From positions 32,001 through 96,000 of the forward strand of contig JBBIPC010000005.1 in the NCBI GenBank assembly GCA_037443035.1: 64,000 nt of DNA. The letters run 5' to 3'. This DNA is from Chthonomonadales bacterium. GTDB lineage: Bacteria > Armatimonadota > Chthonomonadetes > Chthonomonadales > CAJBBX01. Numbering within the stretch: the stretch's first letter is position 1; each line of letters starts with the position of its first letter. The notes below the pieces were generated by a model that had not been told where the DNA came from, did not search any database, and saw only the letters and a list, made by a program, of their open reading frames with translations. Positions 19,952-29,643 of this stretch are shown here, piece by piece. Position numbers and translations under genes: made by a program.

Positions 19952-20290
19952 ATGGCAACAGCACCGGCGGACTGCGCCAACTACGCCATCAACCAGCAAA
20001 TGTGTCCATGCACCAACGAGACCTGCGCCAACCACGGCATCTGCTGTGAGTGTCTGAGGAACCATGTGAACTACGGTGTGCCGACGGCGTGTATGAACGG
20101 CTTCGAGCGGCCTACAAGCACCCTCCAACTGACAGGTGCGAGCACTTGCCCCACGAATGCCTCCCGGAACACCGAGTGGTGTCCGTGCAGCAGCACAAGC
20201 TGCCCTCGGAAGGGTGTCTGCTGCAACTGTATCCGCAACCACTGGACGGCCGACGGTACCGGCCGCGTAGCTTGTATGAAAGGACTGTAA
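19952..20290 (+). CDS. Cys-rich small protein, two tandem DUF6485-like repeats
   Basis: 16 Cys arranged as two copies of C-x9/10-CPC-x4-C-x3-G[IV]CCxC[LI]RNH...ACM; AAGGAG upstream. Confidence 0.75.
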   Translation: MATAPADCANYAINQQMCPCTNETCANHGICCECLRNHVNYGVPTACMNGFERPTSTLQLTGASTCPTNASRNTEWCPCSSTSCPRKGVCCNCIRNHWTADGTGRVACMKGL

Positions 20291-20291
20291 G

Positions 20292-22037
20292 ATGCACCGC
20301 TTGCTGAGGACTTGTATATCGGTGGTCTCCGTATTCTCTCTCCTCGCCACCGTCGCAGCCGGCGCAGAAACCCCGGCGCAGTTCGCCCAGCGAACCAAGT
20401 GGTGGCGTGAGGCGAAGTTCGGCATGTTCATCCACTGGGGTGTCTATGCCGTGCCAGCCAGCGCCAAGGGTGGCGCTGAATGGTACCTGCATGGCACACG
20501 CATGCAAGTAGCCGACTACGAGAAGTTCGCGCCGCAGTTCAATCCTGTGCGATTCGACGCCGCCACGTGGGTCCGTACAGCCAAGCAGGCCGGGATGAAG
20601 TACATCGTCATCACCAGTAAGCATCACGACGGGTTCTGTATGTTCGATACCAAGCTCACCGACTGGTGCATCACAAAGGCAACGCCCTTCAAGAGGGATC
20701 CGCTCAAGGAGCTAGCCATCGAATGCCGCAAGCAGGGTGTTCGGCTGTGCTTCTACCACTCCATCATGGACTGGCACCACCCCGACTACCTACCCAGACG
20801 TCAGTGGGATGTACGGCCGACGGCCGGCGCCTCGCTCGATCGCTATATCGAGTACATGAAGGGGCAGCTTCGGGAACTCCTCACCAATTACGGCCCCATC
20901 GGCGTCCTATGGTTCGATGGTGGGTGGGAGCACAATGCTAAGGAGCTCCACTCGGCAGAAGTCAACGCCATGATCCGCTCCCTGCAACCCCAGATCCTTA
21001 TCAATGACCGGAACCAACTGCCGGAGGACTTCTCCACGCCAGAGCAGACAATCCCTGCAGGGGCATTGCCGAACAACAGGCTCTGGGAGACCTGTATGAC
21101 GATCAACGATACCTGGGGCTACACACGAGACAACACCAACTGGAAATCCACAGAAGACCTGATCCACAAGCTCTGCGACATCGCGCACAAAGGTGGGAAC
21201 TTCCTCCTGAACGTTGGACCCACTGAACTGGGCGAGTTTCCTCAGCCGATTGTCGAGCGTCTCCAGGGCATGGGACAATGGCTGGACAAGAATGGCGCGG
21301 CCATCTACGGCACGACGCGCAGCCCCTGGCGCACGATGCCCTTCGAGGGGCGTTGCACCGTCAAGGGTAACCGGCTGTACATCCATGTCTTTCGCTGGCC
21401 AGAGGACGGTCTCAGGGTCTTGGGCTTGCGCACTCCGGTTCGCGCCGCCCGTGTACTCGCTACGGGTGAGAGGCTGAAGTTCGCCATCACGAAGGCGGAA
21501 GACCTGCCTTCCGTAGCCATCGAGCGTCCATCGCAGCTCGATCCTATTGCAACGGTCATCGAGCTGCAGCTAGCTGGCAAGCCCGTCACCGAGGATCCGA
21601 CAACGGTGATCAAGGCCGATGCCGATGGAAACCTCCGTCTCCACGCCTCCAAAGCCGTCATCCATGGTTCTGCACAATACGAGACGGGCAACGGACACGA
21701 CAACATCGGTTTCTGGACCAACCCCTCGGACTTCGTGACGTGGCAGGTGCAGATTGCGCGAGAGGCCGATTACGAAGTAGCGGTCACCTACGCTTGCCAG
21801 CCAGGATCGGAGGGCTCCACCTACACGGTCGTGCTAGACAGGCAGGCACCCGACGGCAAGGTCAGCGGCACGGTGGAAGCCACAGCGTCATGGACGGACT
21901 TTCGAACCGTGAAGCTTGGCACAATCCATGCCGTCAGACCAGGTCGGTACACTGTCACCGTACGGCCTTCCTCCATGCCACGCGGCGCGGTCATGAACCT
22001 CAAAGAAGTTCTCCTCCAGCCCAAACTCGGACCATAG
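20292..22037 (+). CDS. Alpha-L-fucosidase (GH29) with C-terminal CBM-like domain
   Basis: WWREAKFGMFIHWG, TSKHHDGF, LWFDG nucleophile, WETCMT, GGNFLLNVGP; signal peptide. Confidence 0.95.
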   Translation: MHRLLRTCISVVSVFSLLATVAAGAETPAQFAQRTKWWREAKFGMFIHWGVYAVPASAKGGAEWYLHGTRMQVADYEKFAPQFNPVRFDAATWVRTAKQAGMKYIVITSKHHDGFCMFDTKLTDWCITKATPFKRDPLKELAIECRKQGVRLCFYHSIMDWHHPDYLPRRQWDVRPTAGASLDRYIEYMKGQLRELLTNYGPIGVLWFDGGWEHNAKELHSAEVNAMIRSLQPQILINDRNQLPEDFSTPEQTIPAGALPNNRLWETCMTINDTWGYTRDNTNWKSTEDLIHKLCDIAHKGGNFLLNVGPTELGEFPQPIVERLQGMGQWLDKNGAAIYGTTRSPWRTMPFEGRCTVKGNRLYIHVFRWPEDGLRVLGLRTPVRAARVLATGERLKFAITKAEDLPSVAIERPSQLDPIATVIELQLAGKPVTEDPTTVIKADADGNLRLHASKAVIHGSAQYETGNGHDNIGFWTNPSDFVTWQVQIAREADYEVAVTYACQPGSEGSTYTVVLDRQAPDGKVSGTVEATASWTDFRTVKLGTIHAVRPGRYTVTVRPSSMPRGAVMNLKEVLLQPKLGP

Positions 22038-22132
22038 GCAGCAGACCGACAAAGGGAACTACATGCCCGTCATGCTGGTAATAGGAAGAGATAGCGTTAT
22101 CCTTCACAAGGTACACGGAGAGGAGTCCAGCG

Positions 22133-22870
22133 ATGAGTGACGAGACATGCAAGTGCGAGTGCGAATGCAAGTGCGCAGATTGCGACGGTAACAAGCTACC
22201 CCTGATCGGGGACGACGCCCCGGCATTTCACGCAGAGACGACCAACGGACCCATCAACTTCCCTGACGACTACAAAGGCAAATGGGTGATCCTGTTCAGC
22301 CACCCTGCCGACTTCACCCCAGTATGCACCACAGAGTTTGTCGCTTTCGCTCGGATCCAGGAGGACCTGCGGAAGCTGAACTGCGAACTCGTCGGACTCT
22401 CCATTGACAGCAACTACAGCCACATCGCCTGGCTTCGGACGATCAAAGAGAGAATCGAGTTCAAGGGCCAGAAGGGCGTGGGAATCACATTCCCCGTCAT
22501 CGCCGATGTCAAGCAAGAGGTAGCGAAGCTCTACGGGATGCTGCAACCCGGAGCGAGCACCACTCAGGCTGTGCGGGCGGTCTTCTTCATCGATCCCAAC
22601 AGCAAGGTCCGTGCCCTCATGTACTACCCGCTGAGTAACGGCCGGAACTTCGACGAGATCCTGAGGCTGCTCATCGCCCTACAGACCAGCGATGCCCATG
22701 GTTGCGCCACGCCTGCGGACTGGCGCCCTGGCGATGATGTCATCATCCCGCCTCCGGGTACGACTGCTGCCGCCAATGAGCGAGTGGCGAACGCCGGCGG
22801 CGATTACACCTGCCACGACTGGTTCTTCTCGCTGCGGCCTCTCCCGAAGGACAAGCTGACTCTGCCGTAG
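22133..22870 (+). CDS. Peroxiredoxin (Prx6 subfamily) with Cys-rich N-terminal extension
   Basis: FSHPADFTPVCTTE, GRNFDE, TPADW; AGGAG RBS supports the start at 22133. Confidence 0.95.
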   Translation: MSDETCKCECECKCADCDGNKLPLIGDDAPAFHAETTNGPINFPDDYKGKWVILFSHPADFTPVCTTEFVAFARIQEDLRKLNCELVGLSIDSNYSHIAWLRTIKERIEFKGQKGVGITFPVIADVKQEVAKLYGMLQPGASTTQAVRAVFFIDPNSKVRALMYYPLSNGRNFDEILRLLIALQTSDAHGCATPADWRPGDDVIIPPPGTTAAANERVANAGGDYTCHDWFFSLRPLPKDKLTLP

Positions 22871-22894
22871 TTCTCGGGTCTACGTGTGTCGTCT

Positions 22895-22924
22895 GTGCCC
22901 GTGCCTCCATGAAGGCACGGGCAC
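22895..22924. terminator. Stem-loop between convergent genes
   Basis: GTGCCCGTGCCT-N6-AGGCACGGGCAC, perfect 12-bp stem. Confidence 0.65.
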
Positions 22925-22951
22925 GGTCTGTCCACAACCTGGCCGTTTCGG

Positions 22952-24388
22952 CTACCCGTGGAAGACATATAGTTCCACATCGAAACCTCTAATGCCGTCC
23001 CTGAGGGCCCTGCCTCGCACCGTGTGATCCCCTGCTGAATGCTCTCTGGACCGCAGGGGCTGTCCTTCCAGAGGCGCCGGCAACCCGTTGATGGTGAACG
23101 CCACACCGTAGGGATTCTCGTTGACCACGATGATCAAGTAGTCGCTACCAGCCTTCTTCACAACAACGCGAACGCCGGTCCCATCGTTGGATGCATAGTG
23201 CTCCTCCACCCGAACGGTGGGTGCGGGACTGTAGTCTGGTTCGACGATGAACCGCTCGTACGACCGTACCTCGGCCGTGACTTGCAGCAGCTCCAGCCAG
23301 AACTTCCGGCTCTCGGCACTCTCCGGGTCCTTGAGGTAAGCCGTACCCCAGTAGAGGATGGCGTTGGCACCATGGACAATGGCGTCCCAGGCCATGAACC
23401 GCTGCTCCTGCAGATTGGGGCGGCGCCCGAACCCTGCCTTCGCTCTCGTTTCGTCAGGATGATCTTCGAGATCTCGCCAGCCGAACCCCTGCAGCACCAT
23501 GGCGCAGGCTTTGCCAGGCGCACCCTCGCGCATCCTGTCGGTGTAATCGCCGACGCTGCTGGGTCGCATGTTCACTAGATCACTGTGACCCGTGGCGAGG
23601 TTGTACGGGATCGGATAGATGTCGCAGCCAGCCATATCCACCGCCCGATTGTGCTGCCGCATGGCGCGAATGCTGTTGCGAGGGGCATGATTCAGCCAGA
23701 TGAAATGCTTGGGATCGAGTTGGCGCAGGAATCGAGCGCCAGCAGCGAAGCCGTCTCCCATCCTGGCAGCTCGCGCTTCGGCAGCGTCCATGCGTGCGTT
23801 CGCGTAGGGGCAGGGCTTACCTGCGCGGCGCCAGAAATCGGCCCTCAGCGCTTCCCATTGCTTCCAGAGCGCGCGGTCATAGGCATCCCGGGCAGCGGCC
23901 AGGACCGGACGTAGCGCCGGATCGCGTTGCGCCTCGGTGGCCATGTCAACGAACTCCGCTTCGATCTGTTGCATCGTGCCGTACCAGCAATTCCAGAGCG
24001 CTTCGTCGGGTCCCTCCCAAATGAGCAGGCCTGGATGGTCGCCGAAGTTGCGCACCATCTCAGCGAGAGCCGTCTTGCGCTTCTCCGCCTCCTCGCTCAG
24101 GTCGAGGGCGTAGCCCGTATTCAGCCAGCCCCACGCACCGAACCGCTGCACACGATCCAGCGCGTCTCTGTCCGCCGGACAATGGATTAGATCGATGCCG
24201 GCCTCCACTGCCTCCTTCAGCTTCGTGTCGGACTTCGGATGCTCGTAGAGACCTATGAGGAAACGGGGCCTGCCGTTGACAATGAGCATGCGGTTCAGCG
24301 ACAGACGCGCCTCGGGCGGCCCCGACATTGCTGGCAAGGCGAGGAACGCCCCCGCCACGATAGCCGCAAGGATGATGCAGCAGTTCAT
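22952..24388 (-). CDS. Exported hypothetical protein, probable glycoside-hydrolase-like TIM barrel
   Basis: Signal peptide; VNGRPRFLIGLY, WEGPDE, DIYPIP, VLQGFGW, AIVHGANAILYW; AAGGAG RBS. Confidence 0.7.
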   Translation of the reverse strand: MNCCIILAAIVAGAFLALPAMSGPPEARLSLNRMLIVNGRPRFLIGLYEHPKSDTKLKEAVEAGIDLIHCPADRDALDRVQRFGAWGWLNTGYALDLSEEAEKRKTALAEMVRNFGDHPGLLIWEGPDEALWNCWYGTMQQIEAEFVDMATEAQRDPALRPVLAAARDAYDRALWKQWEALRADFWRRAGKPCPYANARMDAAEARAARMGDGFAAGARFLRQLDPKHFIWLNHAPRNSIRAMRQHNRAVDMAGCDIYPIPYNLATGHSDLVNMRPSSVGDYTDRMREGAPGKACAMVLQGFGWRDLEDHPDETRAKAGFGRRPNLQEQRFMAWDAIVHGANAILYWGTAYLKDPESAESRKFWLELLQVTAEVRSYERFIVEPDYSPAPTVRVEEHYASNDGTGVRVVVKKAGSDYLIIVVNENPYGVAFTINGLPAPLEGQPLRSREHSAGDHTVRGRALRDGIRGFDVELYVFHG

Positions 24389-24537
24389 TGGATGCTCCTT
24401 CCGAAGGTCTCGTGTCCGGCGTTCGCCGAACGAGAGCGGATTCCCTGCACTCGGCAACGCGGCATTCCGTGAAGAGCGTAGAGGTATGATAAGCGCACGG
24501 AGCCGACGCACCTCTGCGGCTCTGGAGGAGAGACGAT

Positions 24538-25608
24538 ATGAAGCGCATCATTGCACTGGCAGGGGCGTTGGCTGTCCTATTCAGTCTCGCGACATCCGCG
24601 ACTGCGGCGCTCGGCCCCGGCGATCCAGCTCCGCCGATCAAGGTGGCCAAGTGGTACAAGGGCACACCCGTAACGACTTTCGAGCCGGGCAAGGTCTACG
24701 TAGTGGAGTTCTGGGCGACTTGGTGTCCCCCCTGTCGGGAGAGCATTCCCCACCTTACCGAGCTGGCACGCCAGTACCGGGGCAAGGTGACATTCGCCGG
24801 CATCAGTGTCTGGGAACGAGATCCCCAGTACCTTACGAAGGTGGGCGAGTTCGTCGAGCAGATGGGCGACAAGATGAACTACAACGTAGCGGCCGATGAA
24901 CAGTCCGGGACCATGGCTCAGACGTGGATGACGGCTGCCGGCGAGAATGGCATACCCTGCGCTTTCGTGGTAGATGGCGCTGGCAAGATCGCGTGGATTG
25001 GTCATCCCATGGCAGACCTGGCGCCCACGCTCGACAAAGTCCTCGCTGGCACCTGGGATACGGCTGCCTTCAAGGCGAAGCGCGCTAAGCAGCAGGCCGC
25101 TGAGGAGAAGCAAGCCAGCCTTAACTCCAAACTTGGCCCGCTGGTCCAGCAGCGCAAGTATGCCGAAGCGCTCAAGATTCTGGATGCCGCCATTGCGCAG
25201 GACAAGAGCCTGGAGAAGGACTATGCTTACGGGCGGTTCACGCTCCTCGCCCGGGTAGACGAGGCCAGGGCACAGACCTACGCACTCAGGGCGGCGCAGA
25301 CGTTCTACCGCAACGAGCCGGAAGCGCTGAACCAGCTTGCCTGGACCATCGTCATGCCGAACTCCATGCTCAAGAAGCCGAACTACAAGATCGGACTGCA
25401 AATCGCGACGATGGCTGCCACTGCCACCAAGAACAATAACGCAGATGTCCTGGACACGCTGGCACTGGCGCAGTACCGCAACGGTCAGAAAGCTGCCGCA
25501 GTGGCCACCCAGACCAAGGCCGTGGCATTAGCCAAGAAGCAGGGCGCCAGCGCTCAGAACCTGGCCGAGATGGAATCCCGCCTCAGACAGTTCGAGGCGG
25601 GAAAGTAG
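24538..25608 (+). CDS. TlpA/ResA-like disulfide reductase with C-terminal TPR-like helices
   Basis: VVEFWATWCPPC, GIPCAFVVD, WIGHP; LNQLAW and VLDTLA TPR-like motifs. Confidence 0.9.
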   Translation: MKRIIALAGALAVLFSLATSATAALGPGDPAPPIKVAKWYKGTPVTTFEPGKVYVVEFWATWCPPCRESIPHLTELARQYRGKVTFAGISVWERDPQYLTKVGEFVEQMGDKMNYNVAADEQSGTMAQTWMTAAGENGIPCAFVVDGAGKIAWIGHPMADLAPTLDKVLAGTWDTAAFKAKRAKQQAAEEKQASLNSKLGPLVQQRKYAEALKILDAAIAQDKSLEKDYAYGRFTLLARVDEARAQTYALRAAQTFYRNEPEALNQLAWTIVMPNSMLKKPNYKIGLQIATMAATATKNNNADVLDTLALAQYRNGQKAAAVATQTKAVALAKKQGASAQNLAEMESRLRQFEAGK

Positions 25609-25632
25609 GCGGAGATCGTTGGACTCAGACGC

Positions 25633-25668
25633 GTCCGACCTGTCTGACCTGTCCGACCTGTCCGACCT
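25633..25668. repeat. 9-bp tandem repeat (GTCCGACCT)x4
   Basis: gtccgacct gtctgacct gtccgacct gtccgacct, intergenic. Confidence 0.9.
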
Positions 25669-25670
25669 CT

Positions 25671-25709
25671 TGAAAAGCGAGGCGCGCCTCTCAGGGAGGC
25701 GCCCTCGCT
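25671..25709 (-). terminator. Rho-independent terminator of the S8 gene
   Basis: AGCGAGG(C)GCGCCTC / GAGGCGCCCTCGCT hairpin followed by TTTTCA on the minus strand, right after the stop at 25713. Confidence 0.7.
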
Positions 25710-25712
25710 GTC

Positions 25713-28700
25713 TCAGTAGATCGTCAGGGTGCCGACGCCGGAACCTGCCTCCACCCAAGCGTCTCCGCCGAATTCCACAGTAATTGTATGGGGGCCAACC
25801 GCCTCCACGGTTGGATAGAGGTGTCGTGCGACTCCCGCCGTACCGGCGGCCGTGGTACCGGTGTTCGCTGTACCCACTACTGTGCCGTCCACCTTGAACG
25901 TCAGCGTCTTGTTTTCCTGCTTCTGGTAATCCGGCAGCCGCCGGAAATAGGCATACAGGTTCGCCGTGCCTCCGTATGGAACGGACTTGTTCATCACCCA
26001 GATGTACGGTTGAGCCTTCAGCACCGTGAGCATGGCCGTCTTCGCCACAGGCTTGTAGCCGGGGCCCCCAGCGTAGTCGCACAGGATCAGCCGCACCCCA
26101 GCGCCAGTGCCATCAGGTACGTCGTAGTAGGGGTAGCTGGCATATCCCTCGGTGTTCGTCGGGCGTGCAATGACGAACGTTCCCCCGACGTAGAAGTTGA
26201 TCGTCTGGTTGGCGATGGGCACGTCGTCGGAGCGTACCAGGCGAGCTTTCAGCTCCGTCCGTGCACCGATCCTCGCAGTCCGGTCGAAAGTCGCCATCTT
26301 CGTGGTCCAGGCCGGGAGGCATGTGAGGGTGCTTGTGGCCGAAGCAGGCTCATAGCTGGCGTCGCCGGCGAACTGAACCGTAATCGTCCGCGTGGCGCTG
26401 CCGTCCGTGATCGTCCAGGTGTAGTTCGAGTCCCCGCCAGCATCGGTGACGGCGGTTCCCACGGTTGTCCCATCCACCTTGTAAACAATGGTCTTACCAG
26501 ACAGAAGCATATTGTCCGTCGTGCGCTTCAGGTCGTATTGGCGGAGAATAACGACATCGGTGATGCGACCGGATCGGTCAATGGTCCACAAAGTCGTTTC
26601 TGCTTTCTGAACCGTCAGTGTGCCGGTTCCAGAGGAAGCGTTGTACTGCGCTTCTCCTGCGAAACTGACCTGGATCGTCCTGGAACCGGCCCCTTCGGGT
26701 ATTCCATATGACACGGACGCAGCACCGGTACCGTCAGTGGGCGCTGAGCCAACTCCTGTTCCATCCACCGCGAACTGAAGCGTACGTCCTGCGAGCGGAC
26801 TGCCCGTGTTGCTGGCGGTCAGCGTCGCGGACAGCGAAACGGTCTGACCCGGCTTCCCGGTTCGGTCGGCCACGGTTATCGTAGTATCGGACGTCACCGT
26901 CAGCGTCCCATCGCCCGCGGAAGGGTTGTAATTGTCATCGCCTGCGAAGGCGGCGTGAACGGCGTAGTCACCCACGGCTGTGGCCGACGGGATTGCATAG
27001 GCAAAGGCATAGTTGCCGGAAGCGTTCGTCACGGCTGAGCCGACAGGCGTCCCGTTCACGCTGATCTCCACGGTTCTTCCGACCACCGGCGGGTTCGTAC
27101 TCAAGTTGCCGGTGAGGTCCACGCTGTGTCCCGCCGTGCCCGTCTTGCTGTCCACTGTGAGGACGGTGTCCGCCTTACTGATGGAGAGGGTCCCGTCAGC
27201 GCTGGACGCCAGGGCGAAGGCGTCACCAGAGAACGCACCATGGATCGTGCGGCTGAGAGAACCTTCGGATACCGTCCAGTCACACGTCGCCAGTCCTGTT
27301 GCATCGGTCGTGCCCGATCCCACAGCAGTCCCGTCAATCGAGAACTGAATGGTCTTACCAACCACGGGGCTGCTGTCGCTCAGCTTGCGCAGAACCCCCT
27401 CCAGTGTTACGGTGTGTGCTATGACCCCCGTGCGGTCAGGGACCGACAACGTGGTCTCGAAGGGACTCGCGACGGTCAAAGTGCCGGTACCGCTGCACGA
27501 CTGGTACGCACCGTCGCCATAGTAGACGACGGTGATCGTGTGCGCTCCAACGGCAAGGTCCGAGGGTACATCGAAGGGGAACTGGGCGACACCCAAGGCA
27601 TCTGTTATTTCGTGCCCGAGCTCCGTGCCGTCTACTTCGAACCAGAGGCGGGCATCCTCGACGGGATCGCCTGAGGGCACGCGGGTCATCGTCGCTCGGA
27701 GGTCGGCGGTTGCGCCGGGGGCCGTTTCCACATCATCAACGACAATCTGAGCTGCGAAAGCGCCTACGTTGAAGTCCTGCCCCGGTGTGTCGCACCCCGG
27801 GAGCACCACGACGTTGTACAGCTTCTGGGTCTCGCCGAAACAGCTGGCGGTGACATTGTACGTGCCTGCCGGTAGGTTGATGATCCGGTAGCCGCCGTCG
27901 TTTCGGGTGGAGGCAGAGAAGGTAGCGCTCCCTCCCACCACTTTGGCTGTGACATTAGCATTCTGGACAGGCGTACCGCGGTAACGGACTTGGCCTGTGA
28001 TACAGCCCACCGTATCTCCCCTGGGATTCGGATAAGTGTCCAGGCTCAACGTACGGTAGACGTCGATCAGACCATAGCCGAAGTAGGGATCCCATCCGCC
28101 CGTGCCATCGGCAGCCTGCTGGATAGCCTGCCAGGTTAGGAGATTCGCGCCAGGAGTGCTACGGGTATAGCCCTTGTAGCCTGCGTACAGTGCCGCCAAG
28201 CCAGCCACATGTGGGCTGGCCATGGAGGTGCCCATGAGATAGTCGTAGTTCTGCGCGGCGCCGTAGTAGTTCGGGTCGTTCAGAGTGACGTAGTAGGTGG
28301 GCATGGTGCTGTAGACACCCAGCATCCACATGAGCTCATAGTCGTAGTCGCCGCCCGGCGCCGCGATGCCTACGAAAGGTCCGTAGTTCGAGTAGGTAGC
28401 TGTGCTGATTCGTGAGGTAGCCGCAACGGCAAGGACCTTGCTCAAGGCCCCCGGGTAATTCAGCTTGTCATATCCGTCATTGCCAGCAGCCGCCACCACG
28501 AGCACATTCTTCCGCCAGGCGTAGTTCACGGCATCCTGTTCCACTTGCGAGTACTCGTAGCTTCCCAGCGACAGGTTCATCACCAGCGCACCATGGTCCA
28601 CAGCGTAGACCATGGCCTGAGCGATGTCCGTATCCGTGCCGTTGCCTTCGGCGTCCACCACCTTGATGGAGAGGATTTCGGCGTTATAGCCCGTGCCCAC

Positions 28701-29507
28701 CGTGCCCAGAGCATTGTTCGTAGCTGCTGCCGCAATGCCGGCCACGTGTGTGCCATGACCGTAGTCGTCAGCCGCTCCTGGCGTCACCTCACCGCTGAAG
28801 ATGGACACATCCTCGGAGCTGACAAGCTGCCCGCCCTGTTCCACAGACGTGCCCGTCCCGCCGGTATTGACGAAATCGGGATGCGTGTAGTCTATTCCCG
28901 TGTCAATGACTGCCAGCCGGACGGCATCGGTACCTTTCGGCGAACCGGCGCTGTAATAGCGGTTCGGCCAGATGGACCAGCCCGGCACGCAGTTGATCAT
29001 ATGGCTATCCCACTTGTACCAAGTGGCAACGTCGGGATCGGATGAGATCAGATAGTCCAGTTGGTTGTAGGCCGGGTCATTGGGATCGGCCAGGAGAGGA
29101 TAGCGGTAGAGACGTGGCGCAACCCACAGGACGTCCGGATGCTTGCGTAGCTGCGCCATGGCTTCATCCACGGAGGGCACTTGGAACACGCTGACATCGA
29201 GCTGAGGAATCTGCTGGATCAACTTGGAGCCGGCGAGAAACGCCTGCTTCCCGGTTCGAGCAGCAAGCCTGGCCATCGTTCGCGGACCGCGAAACTTCAC
29301 AACGATCTGGTTCGGTACTCGGCTTGGGCGCTCCGCTGCCAATCGAAGGGGAGGCAGGCCACGGCCACGAGACGACTCGTACGACACCGCAAAGGGTAGG
29401 CCGGCACCCTGCCGTGCAGGCGGCACGAGCCACTGGGCGGATGCAGCACCAGCGAGTAAGAATGCGATAACCGCATGAAGCGCGGTGAGAATGTGCTTGC
29501 GAGCCAT
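25713..29507 (-). CDS. Secreted S8 subtilase with carboxypeptidase-regulatory-like domain and about 7 Ig-like repeats
   Basis: Triad AVIDTGID / HGTHVAG / GTSMASPHVAG; oxyanion AAGN; repeats F.VDGT.VG...T...G.A...F.GD..Y..S.G.LTV. Confidence 0.92.
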   Translation of the reverse strand: MARKHILTALHAVIAFLLAGAASAQWLVPPARQGAGLPFAVSYESSRGRGLPPLRLAAERPSRVPNQIVVKFRGPRTMARLAARTGKQAFLAGSKLIQQIPQLDVSVFQVPSVDEAMAQLRKHPDVLWVAPRLYRYPLLADPNDPAYNQLDYLISSDPDVATWYKWDSHMINCVPGWSIWPNRYYSAGSPKGTDAVRLAVIDTGIDYTHPDFVNTGGTGTSVEQGGQLVSSEDVSIFSGEVTPGAADDYGHGTHVAGIAAAATNNALGTVGTGYNAEILSIKVVDAEGNGTDTDIAQAMVYAVDHGALVMNLSLGSYEYSQVEQDAVNYAWRKNVLVVAAAGNDGYDKLNYPGALSKVLAVAATSRISTATYSNYGPFVGIAAPGGDYDYELMWMLGVYSTMPTYYVTLNDPNYYGAAQNYDYLMGTSMASPHVAGLAALYAGYKGYTRSTPGANLLTWQAIQQAADGTGGWDPYFGYGLIDVYRTLSLDTYPNPRGDTVGCITGQVRYRGTPVQNANVTAKVVGGSATFSASTRNDGGYRIINLPAGTYNVTASCFGETQKLYNVVVLPGCDTPGQDFNVGAFAAQIVVDDVETAPGATADLRATMTRVPSGDPVEDARLWFEVDGTELGHEITDALGVAQFPFDVPSDLAVGAHTITVVYYGDGAYQSCSGTGTLTVASPFETTLSVPDRTGVIAHTVTLEGVLRKLSDSSPVVGKTIQFSIDGTAVGSGTTDATGLATCDWTVSEGSLSRTIHGAFSGDAFALASSADGTLSISKADTVLTVDSKTGTAGHSVDLTGNLSTNPPVVGRTVEISVNGTPVGSAVTNASGNYAFAYAIPSATAVGDYAVHAAFAGDDNYNPSAGDGTLTVTSDTTITVADRTGKPGQTVSLSATLTASNTGSPLAGRTLQFAVDGTGVGSAPTDGTGAASVSYGIPEGAGSRTIQVSFAGEAQYNASSGTGTLTVQKAETTLWTIDRSGRITDVVILRQYDLKRTTDNMLLSGKTIVYKVDGTTVGTAVTDAGGDSNYTWTITDGSATRTITVQFAGDASYEPASATSTLTCLPAWTTKMATFDRTARIGARTELKARLVRSDDVPIANQTINFYVGGTFVIARPTNTEGYASYPYYDVPDGTGAGVRLILCDYAGGPGYKPVAKTAMLTVLKAQPYIWVMNKSVPYGGTANLYAYFRRLPDYQKQENKTLTFKVDGTVVGTANTGTTAAGTAGVARHLYPTVEAVGPHTITVEFGGDAWVEAGSGVGTLTIY

Positions 29508-29643
29508 GGTCCAGCCCTCCGTGTTCCGGTCGTAACGCCGACTACCAGGGGCACACCATACCCATCGCCGCCCCCGGCGGACATGTCTAATGACGGATGC
29601 CCGCGGAATCTTGTTCCGGCTATGCTGGATCGTCGGAAGCGGG

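Noticed and set aside
25633..25668. Possible CRISPR array
   Set aside because: 9-bp units with no spacers and no cas genes; it is a simple tandem repeat.
25788..26711. 307-aa plus-strand ORF, and similar long ORFs at 42392-43336, 54738-55811, 57474-58496 and 61216-62139
   Set aside because: Antisense or alternate-frame shadows of well-supported genes, expected in GC-rich DNA; no recognisable motifs.
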